Origin: a virus
Lineage: Duplodnaviria; Caudoviricetes
Length of the DNA stretch: 54,057 nt
Virus record (IMG/VR): IMGVR_UViG_3300048930_000256
Location: 1 to 54,057 of that record
Reading direction: 5' to 3' (one strand)
Positions within the stretch are counted from its first letter, which is position 1; each line of letters opens with the position of its first letter. This document shows, in pieces, positions 20,421 to 28,674 of this stretch. Position numbers and translations under genes: made by a program. Below the pieces are notes generated by a model. The model did no database searches and was not told where the DNA came from. It saw only the letters and a list, made by a program, of their open reading frames with translations.

Positions 20421-20451
20421 AAAGGGGGAAGCCAGCAGCAGCTCCCCCCTT
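20421..20451 (-). terminator. intrinsic terminator-like hairpin after the portal gene
   Basis: AAGGGGGGAGC-8 nt loop-GCTTCCCCCTT followed by TGGTT on the minus strand. Confidence 0.55.
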
Positions 20452-20511
20452 GTGGCACCCTAGGTTGGTACGTGCCCCCCCAGACACAGGCATACTATAG
20501 CAGATGCCCTT

Positions 20512-21846
20512 TTACCTTTCTAGGTTCCGGTCTCCTACAGGCTCCCCCTCCGAGTCTCTAAAGTTCGAGCTTGGCATACGAACGGCTCCGTCTGGCTGAT
20601 TGCCGAGCCTGCCTGTAGAGCGCGGGTCATTGGCGTGTGGATGAATAAACTTGTCGTCCATGCCAGCGTAATGCAGCGCTCCTTCTCCAGATAGTGCGCC
20701 TGTTGCAAACATTCTGATAGCCGCGTCTGTGCGGTCTGGCTTCACGACCATCTCGGTGGCATCGACAATGACGTGCGCATCACCCTTGTCTCCAAGGTTC
20801 TTGGCTGTTGGATACACAAAGTTTTCCTCTACTGCCTTAGCGATGATATCGACTATTGGTATGAGGTAGTAGTTCGCTGTGTTCTGGTCTACCTTCCAGC
20901 CGGCCCAGTGATTCGTTCCGCCCATGCCGGTGATTACTTCTGTTGGCAGGTCGATGCCATCACCGTACCTCTTGGCATACGAAGACATGCGCGAGGCGAA
21001 AGCGTCTGCATCGTCAGCCCGCTCTGTCATGAGATGACGAAGGCCGTCAGAGAATTCAGAGCTACCAAACATGATGACAGGAACATAAGCGTCCTGCGTG
21101 TCCCTATCCCTAATGCTGTCGCTCATAGCGCCGCGAAGCCGCTGCTCGAAGTGCGCCTGTGTTCCCGGCTCTGGCTCTCCGCCGTCTAGGTCAGGCCCTT
21201 CAACAAACTCATCATTTGGAATGTAGATGATTCCTGCGCCTGCAAGGCGACTGGTGCCTATTGCTGTATCTGCAAGCTGGTGGACGTACATTGCTTCGAG
21301 TACATCTAGGAGCGCTTCATGTGTAGACCACGCCCTGTCTTCTCTGTCTGGGTCTGGCCGCCATACGCGAAACCACTTCCATTCATTGCCGAGCGGAGCC
21401 ATCTTCCCATTATCACCACGTACGAGAAGCGGTTTGTTCTGGTTCTCGTACTTGTAGTCGCCCTTGCCGATAACCTTCCAAGCTGTCTTCTTTGCTATAC
21501 GATCATATCTATAGGCGAGTATTACTTCTCCGACTAGGAAGATATTTGATGCTGCCCTGCCAATGTCTAGGCTCGATAGCTGCCGCGTTAGCGCGCTGTC
21601 ATTTGTGCCAGTGCCTGTGCAGACAAGCCTACATTTCTTTGTCGTGTTGTTTACGAAGAGCGATGCGTGTGCAACCTCTGGGATGCTTTTGCGAAAGGCG
21701 AGTGTTCGCTGCTGCCAATTCTCGGTGCGGCGGATTATCGACTCTGGGTTTGCTGGGTTTCCCCCGCGTACCACGCCACCACTTGCAGCTACGATTGGCG
21801 GCTTACCGCTAGTCTTTTTTCTTTTGTCAAATATCCCCATGCCCAT
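20512..21846 (-). CDS. portal protein
   Basis: 444 aa; WQ..., RVWRP.P, SRLAGAGII.IP, D.P.E...G.G..NHW..W motifs of cluster-B-type portals. Confidence 0.85.
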   Translation of the reverse strand: MGMGIFDKRKKTSGKPPIVAASGGVVRGGNPANPESIIRRTENWQQRTLAFRKSIPEVAHASLFVNNTTKKCRLVCTGTGTNDSALTRQLSSLDIGRAASNIFLVGEVILAYRYDRIAKKTAWKVIGKGDYKYENQNKPLLVRGDNGKMAPLGNEWKWFRVWRPDPDREDRAWSTHEALLDVLEAMYVHQLADTAIGTSRLAGAGIIYIPNDEFVEGPDLDGGEPEPGTQAHFEQRLRGAMSDSIRDRDTQDAYVPVIMFGSSEFSDGLRHLMTERADDADAFASRMSSYAKRYGDGIDLPTEVITGMGGTNHWAGWKVDQNTANYYLIPIVDIIAKAVEENFVYPTAKNLGDKGDAHVIVDATEMVVKPDRTDAAIRMFATGALSGEGALHYAGMDDKFIHPHANDPRSTGRLGNQPDGAVRMPSSNFRDSEGEPVGDRNLER

Positions 21847-21858
21847 ATCCTACTCTAA

Positions 21859-21929
21859 AGGCGATGACGGGACTCGAACCCATGTTGCAGGTTTTGCAGA
21901 CCTGTGCCTAGCCGCTCGGCCACATCGCC
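21859..21929 (-). tRNA. tRNA-Cys (GCA)
   Basis: GGCGATG/CATCGCC acceptor stem; CAGGT-CTGCAAA-ACCTG anticodon arm; GGTTCGAGTCC T-arm; U73 discriminator typical of tRNA-Cys; no encoded CCA. Confidence 0.95.
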
Positions 21930-21943
21930 ATGCCCCTAGTATA

Positions 21944-21968
21944 AACGAAAGCCCCCATCACTGGGGGC
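21944..21968 (-). terminator. intrinsic terminator directly followed by the tRNA -10 element
   Basis: GCCCCCA-GTGA-TGGGGGC then TTTCGTT, then TATACT (21943-21938). Confidence 0.65.
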
Positions 21969-22046
21969 AATCGCCTATCACGTAAACATCCTCTTCACCA
22001 CCAATCACTATAGCTTACGTGGCGCGAGATGCAACTCATTCGCATA

Positions 22047-22979
22047 TCATGATACTAGCATAGCTTTCCGTCTTGCCCGCCTCTTCCTACAGTAGCAGGC
22101 TGCGCACATTCCCCTGCCAGCGTGTTTGCTTTCAGTTGTTCCACACTCTACGCAATGCGCATGATACCTACTCCATGCAGCGTCATCGAGTGGCGGTACA
22201 TAGTTTGGGTCATTGCGGTGCGGGTAGCAGGTGTGACAGTAGCCAGCAGCCATGTGCGGCCTCTTTGTTCGCAAGCATTTCTGGCAGTAGTCGTATTCAC
22301 TTGCCCACCTAAGAGCGCCTGTCTTGTGTGGGTACAGCTCATCTAGGTAGCCGTGTTCCCCTAGGCCGGTGAGCAGCTTGTCTACTTTTTCTAGGGTGAC
22401 TCCTTTGCCCAGTGTTTGCCGGTAGCGTATCTTCCTGACGAACTCATGGTGCAGGCCAGCGCTTTCACAGATGTCTTCGTCTGTGTATCGAGAATAGTTC
22501 TTGTCTAGGAATTCTATGATTGGCGTAGGGCTGACGCTTTCCCGCATATCCCTCTGCCTGCTGCTGGCCTTTGCCCTGCGAACACTATCCTTGTACCGAG
22601 CGCGTGAGCGCTTAATCCTTGCCCTTTGCTCCTTAGGGTTTTGCCTTCGCTCTTTTCCTATATCGCTATAGCACTTCTTGCACCTAGGGATTAGGCCGTG
22701 CGTTGTACCGCTTCCTTTCTGATGGTAATAGTTTTCTCGTGGCTGCCAGTCTAAGCAGCGGGTGCATCGGTAGATGGTTTCTCCTTCTACCTTCTTATGG
22801 AGGAACGGGTGCATAGCCTTCTTTGTTTTAGACACTACTGCTACTGCTGCTGCATCGAAGTAAACGCGGCCACCCTCTTTCTTCCTACCTATCATCCCCC
22901 GAGCTGCCCACCGCTCCAGTGTTGATGGGCTGACCTTATACTTCTCGGCTACATGTTTGGTGCGCATCCACTCAGTCAT
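22047..22979 (-). CDS. multi-domain DNA-binding protein (MerR/Xis-like HTH, CxxC fingers, second HTH-like region)
   Basis: N-terminal VAEKYKVSPSTLERWA..G; CTRC..CKKC; two C-x2-C..H..G.C-x2-CY repeats. Confidence 0.7.
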   Translation of the reverse strand: MTEWMRTKHVAEKYKVSPSTLERWAARGMIGRKKEGGRVYFDAAAVAVVSKTKKAMHPFLHKKVEGETIYRCTRCLDWQPRENYYHQKGSGTTHGLIPRCKKCYSDIGKERRQNPKEQRARIKRSRARYKDSVRRAKASSRQRDMRESVSPTPIIEFLDKNYSRYTDEDICESAGLHHEFVRKIRYRQTLGKGVTLEKVDKLLTGLGEHGYLDELYPHKTGALRWASEYDYCQKCLRTKRPHMAAGYCHTCYPHRNDPNYVPPLDDAAWSRYHAHCVECGTTESKHAGRGMCAACYCRKRRARRKAMLVS

Positions 22980-23208
22980 CTCGCATCACCACCCGTACTC
23001 CCTTAGCCCGTAGGCTGTCTAGTTCTTGTAGCCATAATGATAGTTCTCCGCAGATATGCACTTCATCTGCTACGTCTATGCCCCATAAACCTTTCGGCTG
23101 GCTGACGATGGTTGCAGATGTTGGGCTTGCTGGCAGGTGCTTCTTATCTTGGTCGCGGCACCATAAGGCTCTTCTTTGCTGAGTGGATGCGTAGTATGTT
23201 TTTCTCAT
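22972..23208 (-). CDS. hypothetical protein, leaderless
   Basis: TAGTAT-N6-ATG; overlaps the start of the next gene. Confidence 0.6.
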   Translation of the reverse strand: MRKTYYASTQQRRALWCRDQDKKHLPASPTSATIVSQPKGLWGIDVADEVHICGELSLWLQELDSLRAKGVRVVMRDD

Positions 23209-23304
23209 TGCAACATACTACACTAAGTCTTCTTCTGGGGGAAGTGTCTGGCCGTAGGAATTGGCCTGAAAAATTTTTCGGGGTGTCCTGTTTTACACGC
23301 GAAA

Positions 23305-23560
23305 TATAATGAACCCTATAATGATATATCTCATGATATCTACTAGCATAATACCTATCATGATATACAAAATATATAATTAAGCATCATAATATATAAT
23401 TAAGCATTATAGTTCATAGACAATATCATGACCTATTAATTAAAAAAAGATATCATGATAGTAGTTTATCTAAAGCATTATAGTTCTTATTCAATTCATT
23501 ACCCAATAAATTAAATAACTATCATGATAGTAGTTTATCTAAAGCATTATAATTCATTAT
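23305..23560. repeat. AT-rich non-coding repeat/palindrome array (candidate origin or pac/terminus)
   Basis: AATATATAATTAAGCAT x2 (23371, 23391); a 32-bp direct repeat at 23451 and 23520; TATCATGATA palindromes at 23356, 23451 and 23520. Confidence 0.8.
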
Positions 23561-23565
23561 AGGCT

Positions 23566-23889
23566 TCAACGCCCAAGGATATAGTCTGCGAGTTCTTTAC
23601 GCTCAATGAGCGTTGAGCCAAGTTTATGCTGATAGTTTCCTTGACGGTATCTCCGTGCGCTATAAACCCAGCGCTCTAAGTCGCGCACTCTCCAAATGCG
23701 AATACCTGATGGAGATACATAGAAAGGCTTAGGGAAATTGTAATGCTTGAATTTTCCTTTGCTGCCCATAGAGGAGATAAGCTGATTGCAATACACAAGG
23801 CTTATCCCCAGAACAGCAGGCAGCTCTGATTGGAAAACAATAGAATTGAGTGGAACACTCTTCATCATCGTATCGCCAGTATGAATCAT
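23566..23889 (-). CDS. AlpA/Xis-like winged-helix regulator, leaderless
   Basis: ELPAVLGIS...FPKP...IRIWRVRDLERW; TGC-TATCAT-N6-ATG at 23889. Confidence 0.65.
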   Translation of the reverse strand: MIHTGDTMMKSVPLNSIVFQSELPAVLGISLVYCNQLISSMGSKGKFKHYNFPKPFYVSPSGIRIWRVRDLERWVYSARRYRQGNYQHKLGSTLIERKELADYILGR

Positions 23890-24240
23890 ATACACATGAT
23901 AGCACAGAGCGATACAACCATATACCAAGCACTATAAATCGCAAAAACATTATAGGAAGCAGAAGGAAGAGCAGAGAGAATCCCTATAATGAAAGAGCTT
24001 CCATATAACAAACTGGAAGAAGTGCAAAGAGTAGTAGGGGAAATGAAAAAGGGAAAATGAGTGTTTTAGCCAGCTCCCACTTGTCTTTCCCTCGGCTGGC
24101 TTTTGGTGTGTTAGTACCCGAATTGTTGGAATTTGCAGGGGTTTTATATTGCGTAATTGTGAGTGTCTTCCATCGCAAATTCGCCGATACTATAGGTGTA
24201 AGGTCAATCACGATTGACACTATTGACGGGAGATATCGCG

Positions 24241-24480
24241 ATGCCTAAATTAACGAGCGAACAACGTGCCCGCCGGCGTGACGCCAAACGGGTTGAATTA
24301 GCGTATCCTGAGCTACCGGATACTATGCGCAATTCACCTTTCAAGCGCAATTTGCGTAGTGAGCGCGATATACGCTTGACTAGCGGGTTAGGCGCACCAG
24401 ATATGAATTCACGCAGTACGCGCAAGGTTCCTCGCACGGACGGGGATTCTGGTAGGTACTTGCAATACCGCGCCAATTAG
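24241..24480 (+). CDS. hypothetical basic early protein
   Basis: GGGAG RBS before ATG 24241; TACTAT -10-like element upstream. Confidence 0.55.
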   Translation: MPKLTSEQRARRRDAKRVELAYPELPDTMRNSPFKRNLRSERDIRLTSGLGAPDMNSRSTRKVPRTDGDSGRYLQYRAN

Positions 24481-24643
24481 CTAGACGACAATTCAAGCCC
24501 CCTACGGGGGGCAACCATGATAACCGTTTCCGGCATGGTACGAGAATTCGGAATTCCCGAATTGTAGTGTAGAATTCAATTTCACGATTGAATTGTACGG
24601 TGCAATTCCGCGCCGAATTAAACTCAACGAGAGGATATATGAC

Positions 24644-24997
24644 ATGAGCAATTCAATCAAAATTTTCGTTTCTACAGGAAACGACGCTGCCCCGCAAGTA
24701 TTGCGGGCAGTAGCATCACCAACAATTGCGGTCGATGCTTGTAGGTCAGTCATCGCACAACAATTGGGCGATGAAACGGCAGACAAATTATTCGGAATTC
24801 GCGTACCCACTGAGCGCGGTTTCAAGCGTTCCGCGATGGAACGTGGAATGATTTCCGGCCTACGTAGTGGGGAAGGTTTCGCTACTATGGCCGGTGGCAT
24901 CACGGTGGCCGCCGCCGCCGATATGGATACGGCTATCGACGCTATAGCGGACGTTGAGCGGTTGGCAACGATTGGCCGCGATATCCTAACCTATTAG
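24644..24997 (+). CDS. hypothetical early protein
   Basis: GAGGA RBS; followed by a strong terminator. Confidence 0.7.
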   Translation: MSNSIKIFVSTGNDAAPQVLRAVASPTIAVDACRSVIAQQLGDETADKLFGIRVPTERGFKRSAMERGMISGLRSGEGFATMAGGITVAAAADMDTAIDAIADVERLATIGRDILTY

Positions 24998-25002
24998 CCT
25001 AT

Positions 25003-25076
25003 ATGCCCGTGGTGGGGATTCCTGCCACGGGTATTTTTTTGAAATTCGCGTACCCGTCAATTTGGCGGGTATTTTT
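25003..25076 (+). terminator. two tandem intrinsic terminators
   Basis: ATGCCCGTGGTGG...CTGCCACGGGTAT followed by a T-run; then TACCCGTCAA-T-TTGGCGGGTA followed by TTTTT. Confidence 0.75.
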
Positions 25077-25121
25077 ATAGCGGGAATTCCGCGCAACGGC
25101 CAAATTTTTGGGAAGGAAATT

Positions 25122-25250
25122 GTGAACGTATATCTCACCTATAAGCCAATTGGCGTGAACCGGAAAATTTTCCGTACACGTGAAACAGCAATTCGAGGGG
25201 CTGCATGGATACGTGCAGAGAAAGGAATGAAAATTCTATGGAAGGACTAA
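25122..25250 (+). CDS. small hypothetical early protein
   Basis: AAGGA RBS and GTG start; overlaps the next gene. Confidence 0.4.
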   Translation: MNVYLTYKPIGVNRKIFRTRETAIRGAAWIRAEKGMKILWKD

Positions 25251-25531
25251 GTACATACTGGGTTTGCGTGGATTGCTACATGCTACACGTAAACAATGAA
25301 TTGCCGGACGGCGTGACCGAACATAATTTTTTGTCGAATTTGGTCGATGAAGAATTGTATACCGGCCTGCTGTACGAGGAACATTCGTGCGGAAAGAAAA
25401 TTGATGACGATTTTAATATCGGGTGTGAGTGCGAACACCAAGAATTTTCTTGGAGTACGTGCGACGGCTGTAGCTCAACACTTGGCGGGCATAGGTTCGC
25501 CATAACGGGAAGGTATAAGTATGCGAAATAA
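25238..25531 (+). CDS. hypothetical Zn-binding early protein
   Basis: CVDC...FSWSTCDGC..LGGHR motif, recurrent in phage early regions. Confidence 0.7.
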   Translation: MEGLSTYWVCVDCYMLHVNNELPDGVTEHNFLSNLVDEELYTGLLYEEHSCGKKIDDDFNIGCECEHQEFSWSTCDGCSSTLGGHRFAITGRYKYAK

Positions 25532-25856
25532 ATTTAAGTCAAACGGATTCATGAGTCAGGAATCAATTTATATTGCCGACAAAATCGGTGATTCAAAATA
25601 CTACACGAAGGGAGGATTCCTAAATTCGTATTCACTGGCCTGCGGATACATAGAATCGCTGTGGGTAGGCGACCATAGGATTTCTATGGGATTCGAGGGC
25701 TGTTTCGACGTAAAATTTGCCGGAAATCTTCACGGCGAATATATCCGTATATGGGAAGGATTCGATTCTATAGGCGAGGCTAGGGTAGCGTTCCTACGCC
25801 TATGTAAATGGGTAATCGCTGCATCTGGGAAAGATGAAAGGGAATTTGTTCGATGA
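25521..25856 (+). CDS. hypothetical early protein
   Basis: 111 aa, overlapping operon arrangement (YSLACGYIE motif). Confidence 0.7.
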   Translation: MRNKFKSNGFMSQESIYIADKIGDSKYYTKGGFLNSYSLACGYIESLWVGDHRISMGFEGCFDVKFAGNLHGEYIRIWEGFDSIGEARVAFLRLCKWVIAASGKDEREFVR

Positions 25857-26050
25857 AACCTGAGACACCTATTCGCAGAATTCAATTCAACGATGACATT
25901 GAAATTGAAGTCTATGTAAATGGAATTGCCACAGTCTGCGTAGATTTTGGCGATTATGTTAGCTGGCGCAAATTCATGTGCTGGGAAAATGAAGACGAGC
26001 TGCTAGAGATGGTAGCAGACTACATAGAAAGGGTGAATGATAATGGATAA
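25853..26050 (+). CDS. hypothetical early protein
   Basis: ATGA overlap with the upstream gene. Confidence 0.6.
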   Translation: MKPETPIRRIQFNDDIEIEVYVNGIATVCVDFGDYVSWRKFMCWENEDELLEMVADYIERVNDNG

Positions 26051-26957
26051 GACGCTAGAAATAATTGCCAGTATGTTCAAGCAAAATACTGGGGTCGCGC
26101 TATGCGATAGTGGCGGCCACAATGGGCGCGGCTGGCAACGTCGCGCAGATAAATCACTAGAGGAATTAGCGCGTAGCTACGGGAAAATTGATGCCTATGG
26201 CTGGGTAGATAAAGAGGGTAAGAGCAATCTTGATTTCTACCCTGTTGTCAATACAATAAATTGGCTCAACGATCGGCTATGCTACGACGATGACCTGAAT
26301 AGGCTCATGGATTTATTCATATCGCAAGACGAAGATATGGATTCGTGGGAACAAAAATCTTCGTATGAGCTTCGAGAGGAATTTCCTGCATGGCTACACG
26401 CTAGAGCAAACGAATTCCTAGACGACGGCGGATCGTATTGTCCGGTGACGGACATAGAGCTAACAGAATTTCTTGAAGATGAAAGCTCTGAATGGGGAAT
26501 CAGTGACCCTATAACAGAAAATTCGTACAACTACGACAACACGCTCGACAACATAATTTTATTCACAGCGTTTCAGGGATACTGTGACGCGATTGTGATT
26601 CTACAGGTACACAACGGGGCAGATGCTAGAGGCGGGTACACGATGCCGAAGGTATTCCGCACCAATGACAGTGATGGAATCTACGGTATGCTTGATTTCA
26701 ATAGGGCTACTGTGTACTGCAATGAGTGTGATTCAAACTGGGAATCTGACTACACTCTAGGCGACATTCAAAATCTGCCAGCAATAATTTGCGAGAGCAG
26801 TATCGAAGCTGCTGCCAGAGCGAAAGGCTCATGCGAGAATCGTATCGAAGAGCTGGATATATCGAAAGCAGACTGGCATCACATTGTCTACTGCAAGGAA
26901 ACTGGGCAAGTATATTGCCCGAAATGCGGAGAGGGAACACTGGGGGCATCATCATGA
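26037..26957 (+). CDS. conserved acidic phage early protein (NTG..DSGG..GR.WQR / H.G.D.RGGYT type)
   Basis: 306 aa with recognisable conserved motifs and C-terminal CxxC pairs; function unknown. Confidence 0.8.
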   Translation: MIMDKTLEIIASMFKQNTGVALCDSGGHNGRGWQRRADKSLEELARSYGKIDAYGWVDKEGKSNLDFYPVVNTINWLNDRLCYDDDLNRLMDLFISQDEDMDSWEQKSSYELREEFPAWLHARANEFLDDGGSYCPVTDIELTEFLEDESSEWGISDPITENSYNYDNTLDNIILFTAFQGYCDAIVILQVHNGADARGGYTMPKVFRTNDSDGIYGMLDFNRATVYCNECDSNWESDYTLGDIQNLPAIICESSIEAAARAKGSCENRIEELDISKADWHHIVYCKETGQVYCPKCGEGTLGASS

Positions 26958-27313
26958 CAGAAACACTATCAATGCTAGAAATGAAAATTGATTCGTGCCT
27001 GCGAGATGAAAATTCTGGTGCGTCAGTATTCGACATGTTGCCAGCATGGAAAGCTGAATATGAGTATGTAAACGGAATCGAAGTAGAGGGTAGCGGCGGA
27101 CTGACGCTACTCGACCACTATATGCGAATGGCAATGATTGATTCTGAATACGATGAAATCAAATACGTTCATGACGATTTTGTTATGAGCAGAATCGGTA
27201 GGTGTGTGTTCACACTCAACGGCTCAGGATTCTACGCAGCATGTCTGCATGATTCCATTGCAGACGCAGAAAAATTCATGAACGAATACTCGGAGGATAC
27301 AGATGAAGTATAA
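26954..27313 (+). CDS. hypothetical acidic early protein
   Basis: ATGA overlap at 26954. Confidence 0.65.
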   Translation: MTETLSMLEMKIDSCLRDENSGASVFDMLPAWKAEYEYVNGIEVEGSGGLTLLDHYMRMAMIDSEYDEIKYVHDDFVMSRIGRCVFTLNGSGFYAACLHDSIADAEKFMNEYSEDTDEV

Positions 27314-27854
27314 GGTCGGAACAATAGTAAAGAAAGTGAACGGCGTAGATAATTTTCTAGCGTTCAACATACCAGACAAGGTTGCGTATAAATGGATACG
27401 TGAGAATGGAGATGACGAGCATAGATTCGTACCTACGCAGGATTCTGATATCTATTACGATGATGAGGTGTCGTATAAAGAATTGTGTGTGACGCTCGAC
27501 AATGCTGGGCATAGGGATATACAGCCGCCAACGATACGCAATAAGCGCGAACACCTTTACAATGAATTGGCTGACATCGCTGGCAGCATACTGTTCGCTT
27601 GGCTGAAAGAGCGTGTTGGATTCAATGGCTCTACAAATCTTGCCAAGAGCATTGAGGAAATAGCAGACCACGAGTACGGCATAGGAACAGCCAAGTATAT
27701 TTGGGCTGGGATTGTTGCAGAAATCTACGACTATGAACCAGATGTATGCACAATCGCCATTGTGCAGTATCATTACATAAAGCTCGACGAGGTTCCTACA
27801 CAACTAAAGGCAAGCGCAGTAGATGACTACTGGGAAAAGTACGGCAATGAATAG
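27303..27854 (+). CDS. hypothetical early protein
   Basis: GGAGG RBS; 183 aa. Confidence 0.7.
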   Translation: MKYKVGTIVKKVNGVDNFLAFNIPDKVAYKWIRENGDDEHRFVPTQDSDIYYDDEVSYKELCVTLDNAGHRDIQPPTIRNKREHLYNELADIAGSILFAWLKERVGFNGSTNLAKSIEEIADHEYGIGTAKYIWAGIVAEIYDYEPDVCTIAIVQYHYIKLDEVPTQLKASAVDDYWEKYGNE

Positions 27855-28077
27855 CGTAAGGGAAATGATGATAGGCGAAATGATACTTGGCCTAGTGCAG
27901 ATGAAAATTTTCTGCAACATCACGGGCAAGGTGTTGGACTACAGGACATGCAAGGTGTTGTTCGATAAAGACGGTCTGCCAGAAGATGTTATCCATGAAT
28001 CTGCCGAAATACCATCAGAGATTGTGGAAACACTGGAAGGTCTTGGCTACACAATCAAATCACAGAAAGGAAAATGA
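27847..28077 (+). CDS. hypothetical early protein
   Basis: Overlapping operon arrangement. Confidence 0.6.
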   Translation: MNSVREMMIGEMILGLVQMKIFCNITGKVLDYRTCKVLFDKDGLPEDVIHESAEIPSEIVETLEGLGYTIKSQKGK

Positions 28078-28078
28078 T

Positions 28079-28309
28079 ATGACCTACTTAGACACATTGA
28101 TGGAAGAGAAAGGTATTGATGACTACGATAGCTTCACCTTCGAGCATGATGGAGAAATGCACATCATGGAATATGGGTACATTCGGCAGGCTATCAACAG
28201 TGCGTCAAAGAAAGAACAGGAGGCCATACATAACACGCTACGGCAAATCGATTTCAGAAATGGCCGCGTAGAAAACTATCTAAAGCACCTTGCGCGAGCA
28301 TTGGTATAA
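28079..28309 (+). CDS. conserved hypothetical phage protein (YLDTL.EEKGID...IDF.NG type)
   Basis: AAGGA RBS; recognisable motif. Confidence 0.7.
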   Translation: MTYLDTLMEEKGIDDYDSFTFEHDGEMHIMEYGYIRQAINSASKKEQEAIHNTLRQIDFRNGRVENYLKHLARALV

Positions 28310-28327
28310 AGGGAAAGGAGAACGAAA

Positions 28328-28672
28328 ATGATGCAGTATAGCTTTACAATCACAATAGATGGAGATGACCTTGAATATACAGAGCTTCGTCCTGCACACT
28401 ATGATGACGAAGACTTCGACCATGAAGCGCTCGACGAGTTCATGGACAATGTTGTGTCTATCATGGAGGAATCCTATCAAGAGAGTAGCTTCTACAACGA
28501 CCTGAGAGAAGCATGGGCGTATGCCAAGACCTGCGCAGATAAGCCCGAGCTTCACCACCCCGACTGTGACTTCAAGGTTTCTTCGGACGCTAAACATGCC
28601 GCTGAAACCTTTGGCACTGACGAGAAGATAGAAGTCCACGAATGTAATCTTGGCTGCTTAGGAGGAGAATAG
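28328..28672 (+). CDS. hypothetical very acidic protein
   Basis: AAGGAG RBS. Confidence 0.7.
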   Translation: MMQYSFTITIDGDDLEYTELRPAHYDDEDFDHEALDEFMDNVVSIMEESYQESSFYNDLREAWAYAKTCADKPELHHPDCDFKVSSDAKHAAETFGTDEKIEVHECNLGCLGGE

Positions 28673-28674
28673 AA

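Noticed and set aside
21859-21929. tRNA as an attP or prophage boundary
   Set aside because: It is a full-length single-copy tRNA with its own -10; no integrase and no flanking host genes.
23371-23551. Repeats as a mini CRISPR array
   Set aside because: Only two copies of the 32-bp unit, embedded in degenerate AT-rich repeats of the same motif; no cas genes.
23984-24220. Minus- and plus-strand ORFs in the divergence gap
   Set aside because: Purine-skewed, low-complexity promoter region; the ORFs lack an RBS or motifs and overlap promoter candidates.
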